The notes below the pieces were generated by a model that saw only the letters and a program-made list of their open reading frames with translations, was not told the DNA's origin and did not search any database. From Paraphysomonas bandaiensis (taxonomy: Eukaryota > Protista > Chrysophyceae), in contig CBFFRP010000327.1 in NCBI GenBank assembly GCA_965644295.1, positions 34,919 to 98,918 on the forward strand: 64,000 bases of DNA. The letters are read 5' to 3'. This document shows positions 53,999 to 61,313 of this stretch, piece after piece. Numbering within the stretch: position 1 is the first letter of the stretch; every line of letters starts with the position of its first letter. Made by a program: the position numbers and the translations under genes.

Positions 53999-54116
53999 CA
54001 GGGATAGGGAACAATATATTGCAATATATTGTAAAATATATTGATTGGTGGACTGGTCAAATATTCCATCAATAGTGTTTCTGTTAATAGAGCTCACAAT
54101 ACTATTGCAATATATT
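53999..54116. mobile_element. Truncated end of an hAT element related to 6051-6922, cut off by the LTR element
   Basis: CAGGGATAGGGAACAATATATTGCAAT... aligns with the reverse complement of about 6800-6922 and ends exactly at the LTR boundary 54117. Confidence 0.8.
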
Positions 54117-54644
54117 AGTAAGCAGATGATGTGAAAACAAGAGAAAGCAATCGAACTTAATTATATGTGTTATAATTATGTGAGATATGAAAAGAACAAC
54201 CTAGACAAAACTTCAACCATCGTACGTGAAGTGACACCATCGTATGTGTACCTGACTGCATCGTACCTATGTACAAGTACATAAGTACATAAGTACATAG
54301 TACGATATGGAATGAAGAGGAGCGACGGAGCTCATACTCCAACTCCCCCCCTAGATCCAAAGCTACTCTTCATGACATGAAATGACATGATGAACAACAT
54401 GATAGATACAACAAAATAGGAATAGTATCCAATCATGCACAAGATACTGAAAACCCAACAAAAAACCGTAATAATGGATAAAAAAAATGGAAAGCATCTT
54501 AGAAATTGTAAAACATGATATAACAATAATGTGTGCAGAGGACCAGATGGGGCATACCATCTACGAGTCATACACTCCCATTAATGCCATATAATATAGA
54601 GAGAACATGTTTCACAATAACAAGCAGCAACCCATGAAAGAACC

Positions 54645-57092
54645 TTATAGTAATTTATCGAAAGGTCCCATCAATAGTGAACGCAGCCGACGGAAATCCT
54701 TCTTTCGTAACGGCTTGGTAAAAATATCTGCAACATTGTCAGCAGAAGGAACATACTCAAAGACAATAATATTGTTCGTAACAAGTTCACGAATAAAATG
54801 ATGACGTATCGCAATATGTTTGGAACGCCTATGAAACACTGGGTTAGCCGCAAGTTTAATAGATGAAGTATTATCAACACGAATGCGTAGCGGACGAGGA
54901 ACAGTAGAAGACGCTGAGGGTATAGACACAGGACGAGACACCGAAGTGACCATGCTCAATGGTGATTGAAATTCATCAGTGGTTTCATGGGCTGTACATT
55001 GATACGCCTGCCTTGCCAATGAGGGGGCTGTATCATTTGAATAATTCGCCTCACTATAATGAGAATGGGCGTATACAGCATGACAGCTGTTGTAATAGGC
55101 CTTAATGCATTTATGTATAGAAGGGTCAATTGACTGTACCAAAGGGAAACCAACATTTACGTACGTCGACATGTGCTGAAAATACGGGTCAGACAACTGT
55201 GAAAACTGAAAACCGTCCGTATACACAAAATCACAAACATGTTGAAAAGACGCAAACTGAAAACGGTTGTCGGACAAGACTACATCACCGCCAGAGTCAA
55301 ATCCATCTGTATCTGCACCATCACACAACGACTCAATAACTGTTGGACGCATAATTGACAACGACAAATGAGACACATTCTTAGCCACAGAATCTTTGGA
55401 CACAGAAAAGGACACAGGTGATACATTTAGCGGTAAGTGCGCTATCCAATAACGATACCTATATTTAAATAAAATATTAGGAACAGTTGTATCACGAGTA
55501 TAAAGGGCAAGTTTGTCGCCGTTGTCCAGATAGTTGAAACGCCAACCCTGCTCCAACATAAGGCCTTCTGACAACAGTGTTTTACCGAGCTCTGGATAAT
55601 AGGAGACATTGCCGAAGAAGGACATGTTCCCAGCACCAGTAGCCTTGAGTCGATGCTTATCTGCAACATATAGATAATGATCTGTATTGGGAGTATATGA
55701 AGACAAAACATGTTTGCAATTGGTGAGATGATCAAAACATGCACTATCTAAATGTACTTCAATGAAATCAGGTTGTGTAGGAGTAGTATCATGTGTTGTA
55801 GAGGATGACATGTCATATACTGTGTAATAAGCATCATACGAATTAGAAGTAATCATGGCAGTGTAATGTGCATCAATATCAGAATCATTAGCAAGCATAG
55901 TAGAGGAAATAGAATCATCTGGAGTATAGCCATCAAACTCTGGATCATAAGTATGAATTGTATCTGGGTCATCGACGAACGCAACATGACGCGAGCGTGT
56001 ATCACCACGGCCTGCACCACGACCACGACCACTACGACCACCACGTTTGGGAGGACGACCTGGACCTCGACGGGGTGACCTGAAAGCTCCTTGGTTATTG
56101 GGAAGAGGTGGGGCTTGATGTCCGGCTGCGCGCTGTGGTTGGGCATGACGACCATCTGGATTTTGAGGAATCTGCTGACCGGCAACTTTGAGAGCACATT
56201 GTGGAGCAAAATGACCACGATTTCCACAAAGAATGCAATGAGGACCATGATGATATTTCTGACGTTTCGAGGCAGCAGAGGAATCCTGATTAGAAGGGTT
56301 ACGATAACAGTCAGACGGCTTATGAACAACATGTTTATGACAGTATTTGCAGTAACTCTTCCGTGGCACTTTAGGATCAACCAAGGCAACGGAAGGCTGG
56401 TCGGCTAGAATCCTCTCAATTTTAGCTAGAAGAGCATCAAAAGATAAGCCATCCTTCAGTGCTTGTACGATACTCTTGACGCGCTGATCCCTGGTCGGAT
56501 CACGAAAACCAGAATATAGCTGATGAATCATATCAGCCTCACCAAGACCTTGCTTGAAGGCTGTCGTACGGAGTCGTGTAGCAAAGGTTGCAATGTCCTC
56601 ATCGGAGCGCTGAGCATCATGGTAGAAGGCTTTCCTGTCTGCAGCATGCTCACCAGAAGACTTCGCACGATCCACATGAGCAATGAGATTACGCCAAGCA
56701 GTGTAACCATCCCCAGGTTGGACATCTCCGATATGAGCAATACCCGAAGCGTTGTCCATGAAGGCTTTCTGAAGAGAAGCGTAAACGAGACTGTTCTTTT
56801 CGTCGTACATTGCTTGTCGCCAAGTGATCAATAGTTTGGTCTCCTCTGAAGCGTCATCTGGGGCCGCTGGTACCCTGAGAGAAGACTGGGTAAGAATATC
56901 AAGAAGCTTGGCCTGACGAAGGTACTCCTTAAAACGATGTTCAAAGTGAGGGAAGTCACTGATAGAAGCGGGGTATTGGGGAACCGTCCAATTCTGGACC
57001 ATCAAGGAGAGATTCTCGAGGTATGTAGAGAGTCTGTCACAGTCAGCGACAGATAACTCATGAATTGCAGTACTAGCAGGTGGAAGAGGCAT
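54645..57092 (-). CDS. Gag-protease polyprotein fused to the C-terminal half of Copia RNase H (815 aa from first ATG); no integrase or RT
   Basis: Gag (GDGYTAWRNL, QRSDEDIATFATRL), knuckles CKYCHKHVVHKPSDC and CILCGNRGHFAPQC, RG-rich tract, protease LDSACFDHLT...VSYYPELGKTLLS, terminal DNTSSIKLAANPVFHRRSKHIAIRHHFIRE..NVADIFTKPL. Confidence 0.88.
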   Translation of the reverse strand: MPLPPASTAIHELSVADCDRLSTYLENLSLMVQNWTVPQYPASISDFPHFEHRFKEYLRQAKLLDILTQSSLRVPAAPDDASEETKLLITWRQAMYDEKNSLVYASLQKAFMDNASGIAHIGDVQPGDGYTAWRNLIAHVDRAKSSGEHAADRKAFYHDAQRSDEDIATFATRLRTTAFKQGLGEADMIHQLYSGFRDPTRDQRVKSIVQALKDGLSFDALLAKIERILADQPSVALVDPKVPRKSYCKYCHKHVVHKPSDCYRNPSNQDSSAASKRQKYHHGPHCILCGNRGHFAPQCALKVAGQQIPQNPDGRHAQPQRAAGHQAPPLPNNQGAFRSPRRGPGRPPKRGGRSGRGRGAGRGDTRSRHVAFVDDPDTIHTYDPEFDGYTPDDSISSTMLANDSDIDAHYTAMITSNSYDAYYTVYDMSSSTTHDTTPTQPDFIEVHLDSACFDHLTNCKHVLSSYTPNTDHYLYVADKHRLKATGAGNMSFFGNVSYYPELGKTLLSEGLMLEQGWRFNYLDNGDKLALYTRDTTVPNILFKYRYRYWIAHLPLNVSPVSFSVSKDSVAKNVSHLSLSIMRPTVIESLCDGADTDGFDSGGDVVLSDNRFQFASFQHVCDFVYTDGFQFSQLSDPYFQHMSTYVNVGFPLVQSIDPSIHKCIKAYYNSCHAVYAHSHYSEANYSNDTAPSLARQAYQCTAHETTDEFQSPLSMVTSVSRPVSIPSASSTVPRPLRIRVDNTSSIKLAANPVFHRRSKHIAIRHHFIRELVTNNIIVFEYVPSADNVADIFTKPLRKKDFRRLRSLLMGPFDKLL

Positions 57093-57119
57093 CGGTGAAA
57101 GACAAGTAGAACGTGAAGA

Positions 57120-57130
57120 ATCCGCTACCA
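57120..57130 (-). promoter_or_regulatory. Primer-binding site, probably complementary to initiator tRNA-Met
   Basis: TGGTAGCGGAT, identical in element B (63715-63725). It implies a tRNA 3' end ...TCCGCT-A-CCA, consistent with the A1-U72 pair of initiator tRNAs. Confidence 0.7.
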
Positions 57131-57489
57131 AGTAAGCAGATGATGTGAAAACAAGAGAAAGCAATCGAACTTAATTATATGTGTTATAATTATGTGAGAT
57201 ATGAAAAGAACAACCTAGACAAAACTTCAACCATCGTACGTGAAGTGACACCATCGTATGTGTACCTGACTGCATCGTACCTATGTACAAGTACATAAGT
57301 ACATAAGTACATAGTACGATATGGAATGAAGAGGAGCGACGGAGCTCATACTCCAACTCCAATCCCAATTTTTATATAAAACCTTGATTTATATAAAAAA
57401 CCTTAATTTTAGAAATAAAACCCCCAATTTTTTTAAAAACCCTCAATTTAATTATAGAATATAATAATGTTGTTGTATTATATATATAG

Positions 57490-58602
57490 ATGTCAATTTA
57501 TACGAAGCCGAAAACAAGCAATAATGCCATTTTCAATGCAGAAAATTATAAACAGATTGAAACAGCAAGAGTAATATTAAATATGGCGGAATATGCAAGA
57601 TTAGACAATGCTAAATTTACAGCGAACGTTGAAATCTTGAATGGTAATAACTTAACCATAAACAATGAACCCCAAACAGTTGCTTTCACAGATTCAAAAA
57701 ATAATATGTTGTCAGATATGAATACAAGATTATTAAACCTCACTGGAAATGAAATACAAACATTAGACGGTATAAATACCAATGAAACTATACAATCACA
57801 ATTAGATAATATTGTTTATAATTTGAACGGTCTTGGTGTTCTCCAAGATATAGACTTAATTAATATACCGAATTTGCAGATGGATGTAGCAAACTTACAA
57901 GCCCAAGATATAACATTACAGAACAGCATTGATACCAAACACGATATAATAGATGTGAATAATAAACTTGATTCATCATTAGTATATGACTCAACAGAAT
58001 TAGATACAATTGATAATATAATAGTAAATTTACAAAGTGACAAACATGATTTAATAGATGTGAATAATAAATTGAATTCTTCTTTAGTTTATGACTATAT
58101 ATTTAATGAAACGGTTGATAACTTAATAAGTACAATAGACGGCAATATTACAATACTTGAAAATACAAAATTGAATTTAACAGGCGGAACAATGACAGGA
58201 AATATAACAACTAAACAAATAAGCGAATCTATCAACACAATATATACGTTTTCTTCAAATGTGTTGACATATAATTATAGCAATGGTTCAATTATATATT
58301 TCAATGGGTTAACAAGTGATACAAATTTTGAACTTGATATAACGAATATTAATTCAAGTAACTTAACAAATACTTCTTTCACAGTGTCAGTTATAATAGA
58401 CACATCAACATATAAGGCATATATAAACACTTTAAAAGTTAATACAGTTTCAGAAACGTTAAATGTATCAGGAGGTTTAGCAAATGTTAATATAGACGAC
58501 GTGACAACCTCAGGAACAATATTACAAACAATAACAATAATATATACTAATTCAGGAACATCACCAACGAAAGTAATATCAAATATAGGATCATATTATT
58601 AA
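57490..58602 (+). CDS. Putative viral fibre/structural protein (370 aa, N/T/I-rich)
   Basis: N-terminus MSIYTKPKTSNNAIFNAENY resembles MxxYxPP...IFN starts seen in virophage/PLV proteins; internal repeat KHD(I/L)IDVNNKL(D/N)SSLVYD twice; LNLTGGTMTGNI fibre-like motif; beta-rich C-terminus. Confidence 0.6.
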   Translation: MSIYTKPKTSNNAIFNAENYKQIETARVILNMAEYARLDNAKFTANVEILNGNNLTINNEPQTVAFTDSKNNMLSDMNTRLLNLTGNEIQTLDGINTNETIQSQLDNIVYNLNGLGVLQDIDLINIPNLQMDVANLQAQDITLQNSIDTKHDIIDVNNKLDSSLVYDSTELDTIDNIIVNLQSDKHDLIDVNNKLNSSLVYDYIFNETVDNLISTIDGNITILENTKLNLTGGTMTGNITTKQISESINTIYTFSSNVLTYNYSNGSIIYFNGLTSDTNFELDITNINSSNLTNTSFTVSVIIDTSTYKAYINTLKVNTVSETLNVSGGLANVNIDDVTTSGTILQTITIIYTNSGTSPTKVISNIGSYY

Positions 58603-58651
58603 AAATATATAAAACAATTTAAAAAAATATTATATATATATATTATATATC

Positions 58652-58819
58652 ATGCCTAGAGAAATTAAAAGAAAGTGCAAACATTGTGATAAAACTATAA
58701 GAAGAATAAACAAAGATTGGGATTCAAGAGAATATCATAAGAAATGTTATAAAGAGATTGAAGAGATGAAGTCAATGATTATGAATATGGAGAAATATAA
58801 GAAAGTGTATAATTTATAA
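58652..58819 (+). CDS. 55-aa Cys/His microprotein of viral type (not in the ORF track)
   Basis: MPREIKRKCKHCDKTIRRINKDWDSREYHKKCYKEIEEMKSMIMNMEKYKKVYNL*; CxxC...HxxC potential Zn site; preceded by a TATATATA run. Confidence 0.65.
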   Translation: MPREIKRKCKHCDKTIRRINKDWDSREYHKKCYKEIEEMKSMIMNMEKYKKVYNL

Positions 58820-59012
58820 ATTTTGTTGTCATTATAGTTAGTTAGTATTATATATACATATGTATATGTAACGTTTTAAAAATTAATAGCCTTGTTCAGG
58901 TTTGATATAAGTGCCGTGTGAATCATCATATTCTTTTAATAGTTTTTGTCTTTTCTCATAAGCTTTAGTTTTTTCAAGTTCTTCACTTGGTAAGTTTCTA
59001 TATTTAGATTAA

Positions 59013-60359
59013 ACCATAGTCTGCAACCATACTGAAAAAAATAGAAAAAAAACTGAAAATAACGTCGATTTTCATACATAAAATAACTGTCATAAAATCA
59101 GTCAAAATCAGACAATGTGATCCACACTTCACACTTCACATCACAGTGTTGAGTCAGCGAATTGCAGGTCAAATTAATGTGCTGGTAAGTTCATTGTATC
59201 CCCCATTCACTCATAGTTTAACATGGCATTTCGAAAGCGCAAATCAGGTTCTCTTTGCAACGATGAAGATGACGCGACATGAAGCTCAGTGCGTGCTCAG
59301 GAAATAGAGATCACTGGGCGCTGGAGACCAATTGATTTGGCCAATGAGTCATACCATCTGCCTCATACGGTTGATGCAGATCGATACCCTACGTTTAATT
59401 TGCGCACTGTCAGCTTCCTCAAGATATTCGTGGGTTTTGTTACAGTATCTCTTGCGACGAAAATAGCCCAGGATATTGACCCTGCCGACTTGAGATATGA
59501 CTGTGGATCAGTAATTTTGCTTTCATTGCGTTCTATATATAAGCCTCTTGCAATTTGGATTCGAATTTATGGAGAACAACATGCCCCAAATGGTGTAATA
59601 CGTCATTCGCGACCTTTGCGCGAGCAACTTATATGGTACTGAGACCACTTTAGGGATTGCTATCCAAGGATTGATTCTCTTGGCATACGATTCATGGAAA
59701 TTGTGACAACAAAATTTTTATTTGACAGTTGACTCGTATTATCTTGATGAAGCTGCAAGAGAAGGGCTTGCAAGGAAGAAAGTAAGATATTGGAGCTTAG
59801 AACCCACAGCGCTTCCAAGCACTCACTCGTGAAGTTCGTGAAGGTGTCAATAAGCGAGGACAGTGGAATGGAGTGTGGAATCAACAGCGTAAAGAACCCC
59901 TAGTTCATTCTTATACCAAGGATGGCAAGAAATAAACCGCCTTGTTCAATGCTTATCATAGATCACCTACGAAGTCTACCACCAATTCTGTGCCTGTGTG
60001 CTCCGACTACGGTAAGATGTTTGCAGCATGTGATGTATTCAATTCGCAGATTAAAGAGAGGATATGGCCTCATCGGCATGGTAGTGGAGGGCATCTACGC
60101 GAAAGAGGAAAGTGTAGCTCGTTTGCGTTCGGCTGTGGTTCGCAAAATACATTCCATGCGTATTGTAGTATTTGTTCGATAGATACAAATAGTATCGATT
60201 ATTATAGTTCTGTAACTCGTTAGCTAGTGAATTGTACACACATGCTGATACTCTATCTAAGGAAACTATAGAATAGAGGGGTACCGTGATTGGTTTACTC
60301 AGTGTTGTAATAATTCCACTTTATATCATTGGTTACAGACTATGGTTACAGACTATGGT
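59013..60359 (+). mobile_element. Internally deleted, degenerate piggyBac-like DNA transposon inserted in the viral fragment
   Basis: TIR ACCATAGTCTG(C/T)AACCA; flanks TTAA (59009-59012) and TTAG (60360-60363); right end carries a tandem 13-mer GGTTACAGACTAT; broken ORFs including VPVCSDYGKMFAACDVFNSQI..WPH. Confidence 0.7.
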
Positions 60360-60364
60360 TTAGT

Positions 60365-60574
60365 CTAATTAATAGGATTCTTATAATATATTTGTTGTCT
60401 TTCACTGAGAAGTTCAACTTGTTTTTTTCTTTTCTGTATTTCTAAGTCTTTTATTAAGGCTTTATATCCTTCAATTTGTTTTACTATGTTTGATATTTCT
60501 GTTTGGACTTGAGGTTTCTTTGTCTTTGGTATTGCAAAGAGTTCATTTTTTAAACAAATAACAAAATCGCTCAT
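60365..60574 (-). CDS. Small coiled-coil viral-type ORF, possibly truncated by the transposon
   Basis: MSDFVICLKNELF...KQIEGYKALIKDLEIQKRKK; upstream TCTATTATATACAG-ATG motif. Confidence 0.5.
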   Translation of the reverse strand: MSDFVICLKNELFAIPKTKKPQVQTEISNIVKQIEGYKALIKDLEIQKRKKQVELLSERQQIYYKNPIN

Positions 60575-60609
60575 CTGTATATAATAGATTTAGAAATTGT
60601 TTTATATAT

Positions 60610-61293
60610 TTATTTCCCGAATTTTTTACCAGGTTTTAAATATTTCAATTCATCTGTATTATGAGACTTCAAAAGATTATTAGTTCTTGAATTAAATACA
60701 TGTGTGTTATTATCATTGGAATTGAAATGATTTAAAGATGATACAGGGTCATTATGTGTTTTAATATCTATTTGATTGTCATTAGTTCTTCTTGTCATTT
60801 CTAAAGGAGATATTGCCTTATTAAATGTAATGACGTTTTTTGAATTCTTTCCCACTTCTTCTGCAACGAGTCCACCTAAAGAATGCCCTAATGTGTGCAT
60901 GTTTTCAGTTCCATATTTCTTTTCTGCTTTCTTTTGTATTTTTTTAGCATGTTTAAATCTATTTCCTCTATGTCCAAATAATAAGCCTGCATCAGTCAGC
61001 ATATCTTGTTTAGAGTTTGTTCCACGATGAACAACAACGGGCATATTGTTTTCTTCATCATAATAAACTTTTGTTCTATTTCCAGATAAATGCTTATCAA
61101 CTTTAAAATTACCTACATCTTTGTTTTTTTTATTATATGAAGACTTTAATAATTTTCTTGTTTCATCTGCTGTTAAAGCACCACCTTTCATTTCATAATA
61201 TAATGCTCTGCACACAGGATCGGACAAGGCTTCATTATACTTCATATTATTTTGTTCACTGTAATCTTTTACGTGTTGTATCCATTTTGACAT
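60610..61293 (-). CDS. Class-3 lipase-like alpha/beta hydrolase of virophage/PLV type (227 aa)
   Basis: True start MSKWIQHVKDYSEQNNMKYNEAL; VVVHRGT, GHSLGG nucleophile elbow, ITFN, DPVS, terminal H. The upstream part of the track ORF is LTR sequence. Confidence 0.85.
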   Translation of the reverse strand: MSKWIQHVKDYSEQNNMKYNEALSDPVCRALYYEMKGGALTADETRKLLKSSYNKKNKDVGNFKVDKHLSGNRTKVYYDEENNMPVVVHRGTNSKQDMLTDAGLLFGHRGNRFKHAKKIQKKAEKKYGTENMHTLGHSLGGLVAEEVGKNSKNVITFNKAISPLEMTRRTNDNQIDIKTHNDPVSSLNHFNSNDNNTHVFNSRTNNLLKSHNTDELKYLKPGKKFGK

Positions 61294-61313
61294 ATCAATA
61301 CTATATATATTAC

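Larger units (their letters stand above)
54117..57358 (-). mobile_element. Non-autonomous Copia-derived LTR retrotransposon A (3242 bp; LTRs 54117-54344 and 57131-57358)
   Basis: Two 228-bp LTRs, identical by eye, with AGT...ACT termini; PBS TGGTAGCGGAT directly after the 5' LTR; PPT AGGGGGGG before the 3' LTR; single gag-protease-RNaseH-tail ORF; no TSD found. Confidence 0.92.
57359..61313. mobile_element. Endogenous Polinton-like virus / virophage-type fragment
   Basis: Abrupt shift to very AT-rich, intronless, closely packed ORFs with TATATA boxes right before the ATGs. Gene content: fibre-like protein, CxxC..DW..R.YHKKC microprotein, class-3 lipase with WxxHVK N-terminal motif. No capsid or ATPase gene in the window. 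Confidence 0.68.

Noticed and set aside
54157-54360. Duplicated small ORFs at 54157-54360 and 57171-57368
   Set aside because: Incidental frames within the two identical LTRs.
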